Below, piece after piece: positions 9,302 through 20,000 of a stretch of DNA of 20,000 nucleotides (position 1 is the stretch's first letter; each line of letters starts with the position of its first letter). A model generated the notes under the pieces. That model did not search any database, was not told the origin of the DNA, and saw only the letters and a program-made list of their open reading frames with translations. Made by a program: the position numbers and the translations under genes. This stretch comes from Catajapyx aquilonaris (lineage: Eukaryota), in assembly GCA_000934665.2 (NCBI GenBank), contig KZ538071.1, positions 120,714-140,713 of the forward strand. Reading direction: 5' to 3'.

Positions 9302-11077
9302 TGCCTCATTCTAGACACACAGGTTATGAATTGTTTGACAAGCCTTTGCTGTAAGGTCACATTGTTGGATACCGATACGGATCTGAAAGTGAGTCAAAGA
9401 AGGAAAATGCATTAGTTACATATTCATTGCAACCATCGGCTGTTAACTGGCTAATAAACCCATTGTATGTTTTGTGCCTGGGACTAAGAAAGAAAGGGCG
9501 GTGATGCAGATGCGCACTCGGCTAATGAAGCGAATAATTGGCTGAGGTCACAAAGCGATATATCGGGTGGAAAATACGAGCGATGGGGATCCATCCGTCA
9601 GGCGATCATGGCGCACAGACGGCCATCATCATGCCAGTTGTAAATCCCCCGCTTCCCCGACAGATACCATCTCTGAACCCTGCCACAGACGGACAGCCCA
9701 AGAGCTCGTCCTGCTTGTACTTGCCTTCTAAGGCCCAAGCGCTCCCATTCCTACTTAGATAATCCTACAACTACAACCAATCCATTCAGCATCACAACTC
9801 GCCCGCCTATACGACACGCATTCCTATCTCTTTTACTCCCAATCCACCCAACAATCCACCAACTTCAACACTCATCACCGCCCTGAATGATGGGATATTA
9901 AAATTCCATGTAAAGCAATTGCCCCATGTACCTGATCACATCAAATGTACCGTATACCAAGTAGAAAAATTATAGCAAACAAATTTTTTAAAAATTAATA
10001 GGAATTTTGGGTAGTAGCAGCTTCTGGGTTTTCATTCTATCTCGCGTCTCATGTGCCTCCCATGAATTTTCTGACATTTTTTTGCACTCCCAACCCATCC
10101 TTTGTTTAGAGAAACAATGGGGCTTTATTAGACTGGGTCCAAATTAGATTGCTTTGTTTTCAGATCTGTTGCCAAGTCGCCTCCATATTCAGAAATAACG
10201 TGCAAGGATCAACACCACTTATAATGGTTTTCAAAACTACACTTTCACTTGAACATTGCCATATACTTTTTGTCACCTAAAAAGGGAATGAGCACAGTGG
10301 ACCCAACCGCCGATATACATTCCCTGGCCAATATTTTGGCCAACAATTGACCAATCTCAATTGTTGAAGCTGCTGTCACCTCTTATTGGATTGGAAAGGG
10401 GAACATCGTACATGGGTCTCTACTTGCAGCATGGGGCACCCTCCGGCCACCCCGTCACAGGGAATAAGAGGAAAGAACTCGCGTGACTAATTAAATTTGT
10501 CTGGGCCTGGTTGGGTCAATCAAAATTACATGTGTGCTCCTTCGAGGGTACAAATGCGGGCAAAAGGGAGGGGTGGAATAGGGGAGGGGAAGGCACAGGT
10601 AAAGTTGCTTATCCTCGTCTCGTTTTCATCGCTCCAATTAGAGACGCGTCGGCGCTTTTTGATTTAAGCCTCACATCCAACTTGGCCACTTGCTGCGACT
10701 TTATTTCAAACTATGTCGTCGTGTCACCCCATCACATGTACAAGAGGTATGCGATTATCGGACGACCATCTTTTCACTATTGTTAAATTATTGCTCATTT
10801 TTCTTCGACTATTATGGCTATATAATATGGACGTCTCTACAGGAAAAGTACACACTAATGGTCGTGACTGCATTTGCACCTCGAGATTGATTGCCACTAA
10901 AACACTAGATTCCTACTTTTTAAGGGTTTTATACCATGCGACGTGCATTAGGAAAGAAGCAATAGCTCCGGCTGATTACAACCTGTGAGCAAACATGTTG
11001 TCTCTTTGTAGTAATTTCAAGGCTTCAATGTCAACAATTTGGTGGACCATATTTGCTTGCCGGTTTCATTTACTTAA

Positions 11078-11202
11078 CCTCCTGAGACCCCTGGTACAGT
11101 ATACTGTACCTTTGCTTTTGGGTTTTTTACGCGTTTGAGTTAGTCAGAAGGTGCTGGGGAAAAAACAAAGGTACAGTATACTGTACCAGGGGTCTCAGGA
11201 GG
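11078..11202. mobile_element. Complete piggyBac-type MITE, 125 bp
   Basis: Perfect 37-bp TIRs CCTCCTGAGACCCCTGGTACAGTATACTGTACCTTTG (11078-11114 and 11166-11202), flanked by TTAA at 11074-11077 and 11203-11206, with CC...GG termini. Confidence 0.93.
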
Positions 11203-11992
11203 TTAATCACGATTCTGTGTTCCTGAATGTAACGACGTTTGAGAGCCAGTAATTGCAAATAATCAGATTGAAATGTGACAAATTGGTACATGCTTGGTCA
11301 ATATTTTCATCCATGATTTCCACTTTAATTTGTTAAAATTGTGCACAAGTTGCCTAGCTCCCTCTCGAACCCAAAATGAAGACCAGAGCCAAGAAGTTAT
11401 CTGGTCCTGTCGACAAAGCAAGCATCCAAGTGTTAAGGAAATGAAGATGGCACAAGGCGAAGCCTCCCGTGTTTCTTTCAAAGGGCAGGGTTACGTGGAT
11501 TAATGGAGGGGTTCTATGGAAGGGCAAGAGTTAATGCAGCCCAAGGGACAAGATAGTTGAGAGGGACAGAATCCGCAGCAGGCAGCCAGAGCTGTGATGG
11601 CAACTAAGAAAACGCCCGCCTTGCCGGAGATAGAATAACCGGAGGCCGAACTCAAGATCCGTTTGTGTGTGCTCCCGAGGATAAATTCTTGGGACAAGGA
11701 CAAGGAGGGTACGTGCGTGCTGCACTTGTCGAGCTGCACGCTTGTTGTTTGTAACTAACTCCTCTGACATTGAACTTGGACTTGAGGAAGCAAGGACTAC
11801 CGGACCACTTGCTACCAAGTACACAGGTGAATAATCATGTCTTGGGACACTGGCACGAACAGCGAAATAATGACAACAGACGGAGATTCAGGTGCAAAAT
11901 GGAACGTTCTTTTTTTGTGGTGTATGGTAAGAAAAGAACGACGGTTATAAAGGAGATCAGTGGGCGTCGGACGTTTCGAAGTGGATGCATCA

Positions 11993-12035
11993 CCCCCCCC
12001 CCNNNNNNNNNNNNNNNNNNNCCCCCCCCCCCCCC
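11993..12035. repeat. Poly-C run interrupted by an assembly gap
   Basis: C10-N19-C14. Similar poly-C runs with Ns occur at 6917-6935 and 7551-7577, and one without N at 5974-5986. Confidence 0.9.
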
Positions 12036-14904
12036 ACATCCGCTTTGCAATTCTTAGAAGCCTTTTTATATACGCTTGGACCTGTATTTGTCTGCGATAA
12101 CACATCGGCTCAATAGCAAACATATAGGCTTTACCCAGCACACGACAGGTTTGTGAACAAGGTATCGAGGTATTTTGCCAAGGCTTTCCAACTCCTTGAT
12201 TAGTATTGCACAAACAAAAGTGCGGAATTACAACTATCCTTATATTGAAGAAGCGTATATTGTTTCCTAAGAGCGCATAAAATAGGGGTTGGCATTTCGA
12301 ATATACTACTTGTAGTAGGCGAGATTTAGTATGCGACACAGCAGGTTCTTGCCAGATAATCAGCAAAAACTTACAGGAGGATCGTCCAGGGACAATTTGG
12401 ATGCAAATCCTTTCAAGAAACATCCGGTGAACTTAAATGTAGATGGTACGGGGCTGATTTGTTGGTAAACTAAATGTTACATGTGCAGGGACACTCTTGT
12501 AACGTATCTCAATTATTGCCGATTTTACCATGCTTACTCCAGTCCAGGCAGTTTGATCCCGTTTCCAGAAAAGAGCAGCAACTTCGAATTGCCATTGCGA
12601 AATCCGCATCCATTTTTTTACAGAAACACTTGCATATTGCCAAAGAATGAAACAATGACGAAATAACACAACAAGCAGTAGACCAGCAGTAACTGATTAT
12701 GTGATGCTGGACCATGATGAATTCTCTAAGAGTGGGCTTTTGAAATCGCGAATCCCATCCGAATACCAATTTTTCAAGAACTATTTCGTAATCACAGAAA
12801 TCTAGGTATAGGAGTAGCTTAAAATCGCACAAATTCGCAGCACTAAGTCACTATTATTAATTTCAAAAATGATCTTCCCATTATATAGTGTCGGGAGTTT
12901 ATCATCTAAGACCCATCGGCGGCTGCATTAGTACGGGACATTTTACACGTACATTCAAAGTGTATCAAATGGTCATTTACAATATAGTTACATACTTGAC
13001 AGAATCCTACTTACGCCTGCTTTTCCCGTTGGTCACTCCAATGTGTTAGCATCGGGTGACCGCAACCCTCAGGTCAGTCTTCTCCTTTTTTTGTGTGAAC
13101 AATACCACTTGAGCTCTGAATAGCCTACGTCGTACAAGCCGATGGAAAATTTTCTTATCGCGGATAAATCATGCCGCATCCGCCGGGCAGAAAGGGAAAG
13201 AATTTAACGCGTGGATGGCCAACGATCTAGAGAGAAATCTTCTGCACTCGGACGTTTAAGTCACTTCAAAAATATAATGTAGGCATGGATGGATACAAAA
13301 TAATTACAGGTATTATCAAATCTGTGTCTGCATTTAGTGAAATAACCTGCTTGATATTTGTAACTAATAAAACCTTGTAATACGGAGGATGAAGTCCGGG
13401 CATGGAATTGGCGTAAATTCAAGATTTAAGTAAGTTTATGATGCGAAAAAACCCTAAGAGATACTTATTGTGATTATTATTTTGCAGCTATAAAAGAGTT
13501 ACCATTCCACAGATATTAAGCCCGCAGTCAAAGACAATCCCAAATGATTGCGCCATTTACAAATGGCATTCCTTCACTCAGCAAATATCTAACCAATGAG
13601 GATGAAAATTAACTAAACCAAAATTCATGTTTTCTCGCCATACCTTGTCAGTAACGGTATGTAAATCCGAAATTATGGCAGTGTCTGAAGACAAAATATG
13701 TCCGAAAGCACATACCAAGCAGAAGCAAATGATAACATACAATCCACAACGCATTTAATCGCTTCTCAGAACAAATCCACACGATATTTTATTGAAATTC
13801 CTCGGCGGAAGAGTTTCTCTCCAAACACCTGCGTTCTTTTGTGATTAAAAGAATATAGAGATATTATAATTAACTTATGCCTGCGGTTGATATGTGGTTC
13901 ACCCATTAAGATTGCATCCGAGATAAGGTAGTATGATTTTTCTTTTTTTAAACTCGTAGTACTCTGGTTATTCACATCCAAAGCTCGTTTAATTTGAGTG
14001 ATTTGGTCATTTTGGGCGTGGTAATTTGTTCTTGACTTGAAGGGGACCTTGGGATCGGGTTGAGGGACTTTTCTCCCACGGATGAAACACCGCGAGCAGG
14101 ATATGGCATTATTTTCATTTTACTACCCCCATGTTAGTATTACGGTATATCGATAATATAGCAAGTGACCATGAAAAAGAAGAATTGCTTATTTACAGTG
14201 AATAAGCCTCCTCGTTCTTTATAGTTGAAGCAAAGGATCTTGAGTTCTTATAATATCGCACTGCAGTAGTGAATATAAGCATACGGCCTGTCTTTTTATG
14301 CCGCGAGGGAAGGGAAGCATATGATGGTGAGCCTTTCCCTCCAACTAACGTTTCGTGGACAGCCCACGGGCTGCAAAAATTGTATAGGGTTGTCATATTA
14401 CTAGCCCCACCACCAGCACTTACAGAATGTGGTCAATTCATCATAGAACCCAAACTATACCGTACTATACTGTATATTAGAGATTTGTATTGTTATTTTC
14501 ACCTATAGAGAACTTCTTGTAAATTTACCGCGTTGCAAAATTTATTGCTGGCCAATTTCTTATTGCACAAACTCACTACAAATTATGTAGCAATGGTGAA
14601 TACATGTTCATCGTTTTAGCCGGTTTTAGCTTAGTTACGATCCTGACCTTCTCATATGAACTTACTCCGCTATTTATCAACAAAATATTATAAGCCAGTA
14701 CGTCACATTAACCGATAAAAAAAAGATAGCATCTGCTAATGAAAATAAACATGCATCATTTTTGAAGCAATGAAACACATAAGCACATGTCCTCTCAATA
14801 CGTGCACTGACTGTGAGTCATTAAAACTAATAGACACTACACACGAGTGCCTCAGCAATAAAGCATTACGAGGTTTGGAAGCGCCAAGATTTGAACTGAC
14901 TTAC

Positions 14905-15000
14905 GTGAACATGTGGCAATCTCCACCCAGACAATCATCCAATATCCGGCAGTAGTCAGGACTTGGAGGCAACAATAAGCACCGATCAAAAAACCGAAAA
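14905..15000 (-). CDS. Candidate 96-nt internal exon encoding a hydrophobic peptide (unconfirmed)
   Basis: Acceptor CTGATTTTTGTGCTTAG| and donor CAC|GTAAGT. Length is divisible by 3, and the phase 1-1 reading is open: FGFLIGAYCCLQVLTTAGYWMIVWVEIATCS. Confidence 0.2.
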
Positions 15001-15899
15001 CTAAGCACAAAAATCAGCGTATGCAAATCTTTGCGACAGAAAAGTATCCACGAACACAAAAATGCAGCGAACCGTCGCTACAACCCAGGTTAGATACCTC
15101 TCACTGGAGAAAGGTAACTCCGGCAAAGACGGCACAATACCAGAGGAGCACGTAAGGTACAATACCACACGCGGCCAGCAGTACGGGTTCTGATTTGGCG
15201 CCTTCACCCAGGGATTTCTCAGGTGAGAGAGAGGTGGTGGGAGACATAGGAGGAGGGGGGGGGGGAGCAGGGGGGTTGGAGAGAGGACAGGTAAGAAGGG
15301 GCCGAGTGGTGATTGGCCATGGCCCAGCAGAAGAGATGTGGCCATTGGAAGGCTCCGGCGGCGGAGCCATGTGGGAATCGCCCCCAGCGAGCCAATACCA
15401 TTAGCTTCCTCATAAATCAAACCTGGTTTCATGGGGTTTGTCTCTCCCCCTCCCCCACCCACCCACTCACCTGCCTCAGCACCATACACTCCAGAGAGTC
15501 ACCTTTTCCATCACACTCCATAAGACAGTTCTAAATGTCCGGACACACGATTTGCCCAATTGAGACATATGTGCTATGCAAGCATAATAATATCATATGT
15601 GGAGACCAGGATAGTAGACCACCCTGAATATGTTGTCCTTTTGACTGGAAAATGCACTTATACGAAGGCCTTTTTTCGAGGCCACTCACTAGTTGTGCCA
15701 TCTTTTGGATTCCCGTACTACTTTCACCTGCATAGCACACACCTGCTTTTTTTCAGCACTAATGCACCGGTAATGTACAGGTGTCGTAAAAATTTGGGGA
15801 CATGTAACCTACTTAATGCATCGATATGTCATAAATAATATTTTATAGTTTATAGCACCACACATCATCGACATTCACTTGGAATCTAACATGGGGTCG

Positions 15900-16019
15900 A
15901 ATTTTCGTCCCACTGCTGGTTACTCCTAACTTAGCAGTACTATTTCCAGTTAGTAGTAACTAGCAGTGGGACGAAAATTTCGGTAATTCCACCCATGATG
16001 GACCATCATGGGTGGAATT
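15900..16019. repeat. Two abutting inverted repeats
   Basis: 32-bp arms 15900-15931 and 15948-15979 (2 mismatches, 16-nt spacer), then perfect 17-bp arms AATTCCACCCATGATGG-A-CCATCATGGGTGGAATT at 15985-16019. Confidence 0.85.
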
Positions 16020-16779
16020 TGATGGTCTGTACAATATTAGTCCGATTCGGAACCAAAATTGCTCCAATTGACCTTTCAACTACAGTTGCAAATCCTATGA
16101 TTTCATAGAAGTCTCCAATCATGCAGCATCCAAGTACTGAAATGGTGCACATCCTAGCCCGTTTCCCACGTTTTTTCTTCTTCTTTAAGTCTCTCTTGTC
16201 CCTCTTCCCCATGCAACTACAGCACAGGCTACCACCTCTAATCGCAGCCCTCACCTCCGCCAAGATGCTCTAAGCAACCATTTCACGGTAATCGGTTCCC
16301 CCCAACAAGTGTTAAGGCCAGAAACAGCTGACGTCATTGCCTGGGTGGGAGGATGGGAGCAAGAAAAGACCCATGGAAAAAAAACAAAAAAAAACAGAGC
16401 ACTTACATTGTTTGAGAGTGGAGGTATATAGGATGGGGTTAGTTGGTAGAGGAGAGAGGGATGTGGGTGGGAGGGTGGGGAAATTCAGGGCTTGGGTGGG
16501 AGTGGCCACACGCTTCGCTCATATCAAATGTTATCACATCAGGACTCGTAATACGTGACCTAATAACGTAGATAAATTGTTTCACGTTGTTTCCTACAAT
16601 CTAAAGCATTATGGACAACATTTTCAATATTTATATTTGGTCCATACTATTGCTTTAGCTTTCTGGTATTCAATATATGAGTGATGATGGCGTATGAGCC
16701 CAGAGCAAAAGTTGAACCCCATATTGGCTTGGCATCGTTCAGAAGAAACGTGCCCACAATGGAGACAGTGTACTGCACT

Positions 16780-17017
16780 TTATACTTTATAATTGATATT
16801 AAGGAGGTTGGCCCAGCATTGCCTTTCAACCTCCAAGGCTATAGGGAAGGAAGAAAGCGGCAGTGGCCTATTATACGGAAGCGACCCCGGAATTATCCTA
16901 GAAAGACCGTGGAAAACCACAGAAAACCACGGTCAGGGTTGCCGGCCCCGGGATTCGAACCTAGGACCTCCCGATTAGCAGTCGGACGCCCTATCCACTA
17001 TGCCAACCTGGTTCGGT
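16780..17017 (-). mobile_element. Full-length tRNA-derived SINE, 238 bp
   Basis: Minus strand: tRNA-like head with A box TGGCATAGTGG and B box GGTTCGAATCC; central GGTTTTCTGTGGTTTTCC...AGGCCACTGCCGCTTTCTTCC; 3' stem-loop GGAGGTTG/CAACCTCC; TATAAAG-repeat tail. Exact 13-bp TSD AGTGTACTGCACT at 16767-16779 and 17018-17030. Confidence 0.93.
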
Positions 17018-17163
17018 AGTGTACTGCACTGTCAAAAAGTTTAGGTCACATGTATCCTGGGGCAAACATTTCAAAAAAAAATCCACGGATTTGGGCGAGT
17101 GCTGATGGTTGCATAGCGACAGGATGAGCTAGCCAAAGCTTTATTTTGACAGATAATACTGTA

Positions 17164-17305
17164 CTATGGGGCTCAAATTGTTTTGGCCACTTTATCCTGG
17201 TCTTGAAGCAACCCTTCGCACAGGCCCCATGTTGAGCAGGTATGTGTGTGTGAAGGGTTGCTTCAAGATCAGGATAAAGTGGCCAAAACAATTTGAGCCC
17301 CATAG
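17164..17305. mobile_element. Complete Tc1/mariner-type MITE (near-perfect hairpin), 142 bp
   Basis: 59-bp TIRs 17164-17222 and 17247-17305 with 2 mismatches (CTATGGGGCTCAAATTGTTTTGGCCACTT...), a 24-bp spacer, and TA at 17162-17163 and 17306-17307. Confidence 0.88.
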
Positions 17306-18771
17306 TATACATAGCGAGATACGGCCATTATTCCGATAACTGACATCGGAAAGTAGACTCGCACGATCTTTTAGTATTTACATTAGTTAGCATAAGTTAG
17401 TATGTTTGCTTATCGGTTTAAGAATAGTTAGTGGCAATGCAACAAAGCAGGATAATAGAAAAATCATTTTCAGGATTCCAAAACCAATAGGAAAAACCAT
17501 CAGTAAACTATGATTCACCTTTACAACAGATAGTTGATAGTGTATTATTAGAACAGCCTCCACTGAAATTGATACCGGTTTCCGTTAAGATTAATCCTTG
17601 ACCATCTCCTTTTACACTTCACTGTAACTTATACTCTCTCCCAAAAGATAACAAAGAATATAAACAATAATCAGCACCCTATCGTTTAAGAAACCACAAA
17701 AAAACCTCCTGCTCCAGATAATTTTGGCTCTTACGCCGTTATTATGGGGCTAATAGCACATAAAATTTGGTTTTCCTACCGAGTTAAATCAAAACCATGA
17801 AATATCCTGCCGGTTTTACTGCCCCTATAACCACTCACCGTACTCCATCAGTGCGATAAAAAGCATATTATTCATATCATTCATAAGTAACTAAACAAGA
17901 TAACATGTTATCCGATACAGTACTAAGGCTAACTATGAAACAGCCTGTAGGTCTATAGTTTCATCACAGATTTATGTCAGAGAATCACTCCTACCCATTT
18001 CAATATGAAAATAAGTTATCAACGGTCCAGTCTTGCAGACACTTACTGGTCTAGGCCAAAAACAATTGCGGCATGAGTATAAGTGCAAATAATAATACCC
18101 CGGTGTGTTTGGACTGATATGATGAGCTAATTGGTCAGTGGGCTGCTGCCGCGCGTTTATTACGACGGCAGAGTCCGATTGTAACAGCCTTTGAGCCTTT
18201 CCGATCCAATTGGCTCAATAATAAAATCAGACTACAATGAATTTTTTTTTCTCCGCCTGCCGCCCCCACACTTCCAGAGTTAATCGTCACGACTTGGGAG
18301 TAAAACCTTTCTCTGCTGTTTGAAGTTCAGGACTCCTATTTGCCTCAGGACTCTATTTTACGAGCTATATTATTCTTTTTCGTCCAGTGTAAATGAAGGA
18401 GTTGGATACAGCCTGAATTATTTATTGGAAGCTCGACTGTTCGTGCGAAATAAATTAACCCTGTTATAAATTAATCACTAAATCATCACGTACAGTACAT
18501 CTATTCGTGACATATAGACATTCAAGGCACTTTTTTTTGAGTGGCATATAAAAGTGTTTCTAGAGTTGTGAGAAAATGCTAGGAAATCCGATTTTTCAAT
18601 AAAATTATCAATTCGGAGGCAATTTATAACATATAAAAATGATGCTTTTATTATAGCACTTCCTGAGCATGATGGTAGGTTATATTTCCAAACGGTCACC
18701 AGCCATGTATTTTACTCCTGTGAAATTTTCGAAGACAATCTGGTCTTGATAATGACACCTTACAGAATATA

Positions 18772-18937
18772 TCGTCAATTGGGGTGAGATTGTGCCAGCG
18801 CCTACTGGCAGCAAGCGAATTTAGGCATGTTTCACTACATTGAGGGATTGGCAAGGTTGGCAATAACGAGTAAAATTCGGGGTAGGGTGCACTGTTGTCC
18901 AAAACATGCGCTGGCACAATCTCACCCCAAGTGACGG
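18772..18937. mobile_element. Complete TA-flanked Tc1/mariner-superfamily (pogo-like) MITE, 166 bp
   Basis: 30-bp TIRs 18772-18801 and 18908-18937 ([C/T]CGTCA[C/A]TTGGGGTGAGATTGTGCCAGCGC, 28/30 identical), with TA at 18770-18771 and 18938-18939. Confidence 0.88.
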
Positions 18938-20000
18938 TACCTATTTCCTCACTTACAATATTACCACATTTCATGCAACACGCTGAATAACTATAAATTC
19001 CTGACAGCACCACTTACGTAATTGAATATCAACCCCATGAATAGAATTCGTCAATTATTAAGGCAAGGTAATTATTAAGTCAGGTAAATGTCATGCAATA
19101 ACTTCAGACAGAACATCCTTCATTTGGCGACGACCTCAGTTAGTGACCTGCATGCTTTGGCAAGTTTTGTATCGTCCAGGGAGGTAGACAGACTGCTGCT
19201 GATAGAGTGAAGGGTACAATTGAAAAGGATCTGGCCGAAAGGGGAGTTTGATGTCCTGTGGAGCTCACTACCAGGCCATCTAATTAGAGCTCCGGTAGCC
19301 TTTTCCTGGCGATGGACAGATACAGATGAGCGGAGTATGTATCCCAGATTGAGCTTCAATCAGCAGTCTTTGTGGGGAGCGTGGTGTTCTTTGATGAGGA
19401 TGGTTGTGTAAAGACAAAGGCCCTCATAGCAGGAGGGAAGTAGAGGGCAGGGGGGTAGAGGAAGGACGAACGTTGGATACAGACAGCGAAATAATTTCAG
19501 CTCCTCATGACACCAGGTCATTTTCTGGGGTGCTAAGTGTCTCAAAGACCATCTTTCTGGAGGATCAAACATAGATTTTATTGCAGCCTGTGGGCCAGCA
19601 GAAGCAAGCTGACGTTTGATGGCGGCAGATTAGCTAAGTTACTACCACTAATTGAGTGGGTTCTTCTTCACACCTGCTGCCCGCTCAGTTAGGAGGGAGA
19701 TGCTTCTTGCCTCGTTATCTCCTCATTATACATGATGTCGCCATCTTCCCATGTATAGCACCACGGAATAGGTTCTGTAGTGTCAATTCGAAGCACATAT
19801 TCGCCCTCGCCCAAATGATGAGAATAATCCACAGGTTCTTACAATCATTAAATTCACATTTGCAATATTTCTCATATTCATATGAACTGTCAGTACAGTG
19901 GTGGCCATATATCGAGGCAACCGCCAGCGACATTTTTCCGAAGCGGCAGAAGAAGGAATCTTGCTCGCCCGGCTTGTAGCATGCTTATCTTCGATTCCTT

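Noticed and set aside
10829..10846. CGTCTCTACAGG partial match to miR-993 (also GAAGCTCGAC near 18428)
   Set aside because: Only 10-12 nt match, with no full mature sequence and no precursor hairpin.
11294..11830. Purine-rich, somewhat protein-like plus-strand reading
   Set aside because: Multiple stops, no recognisable domain and no consistent splice structure.
11812..12423. Longest ORF in the track (203 aa, minus)
   Set aside because: Spans a poly-C/N assembly gap that inflates its length, and has no recognisable motif.
12060..12690. Faint resemblance of plus-strand peptides (FYIRLDLYLSAITHRL; NVSQLLPILPCL...LHIAKE) to a hAT transposase C-terminus
   Set aside because: The diagnostic ERxFS motif is absent and the spacing is off. 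Too weak without an HMM search (Pfam Dimer_Tnp_hAT).
12917..12951. Isolated Tc1/pogo-like terminus (similar ones near 15612-15630 and 15776-15803)
   Set aside because: No partner TIR found, so no element can be delimited.
15001..15534. Several overlapping Pro/Gly-rich ORFs
   Set aside because: Explained by G/C-skewed low-complexity sequence that lacks stop codons.
16940..17017. Second tRNA gene (Ser-GCT-like)
   Set aside because: No proper acceptor stem or long variable arm; it is the head of the TSD-flanked SINE.
16681..17312. ORFs 16681-17019, 16793-16978 and 17046-17312
   Set aside because: They are translations through the SINE and the hairpin MITE.
18327..18358. Short tandem duplication TCAGGACTC(C)TATTT x2
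   Set aside because: Ordinary local duplication with only two copies.
1..20000. CRISPR array, operon or other prokaryote-type system
   Set aside because: No repeat-spacer array and no dense ORFs. The initiator tRNA, SINE and MITEs indicate a eukaryotic nuclear genome.

Overview
Eukaryotic, most likely invertebrate animal, genomic DNA that is mainly non-coding (intronic or intergenic). No complete protein-coding gene is recognisable. Solid features: one intact initiator tRNA-Met gene (2643-2714, minus strand); a full-length tRNA-derived SINE with a 13-bp target-site duplication (16780-17017, minus strand); and four complete non-autonomous DNA transposons (MITEs) from three superfamilies, namely hAT-type with 8-bp TSD (7861-8104), piggyBac-type with TTAA (11078-11202) and two Tc1/mariner-type with TA (17164-17305, 18772-18937). 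There are also two foldback or palindrome clusters (2159-2265, 15900-16019). Weaker signals, read by eye only: decayed Tc1 transposase, copia RT and Penelope RT fragments, a coding-like block near 8.3-8.9 kb with a p25alpha/EF-hand-like motif, one candidate 96-nt exon, and GC-rich islands with homeodomain-type motifs. I did not find a convincing new multi-gene system. The likeliest novelty is undescribed SINE and MITE families.
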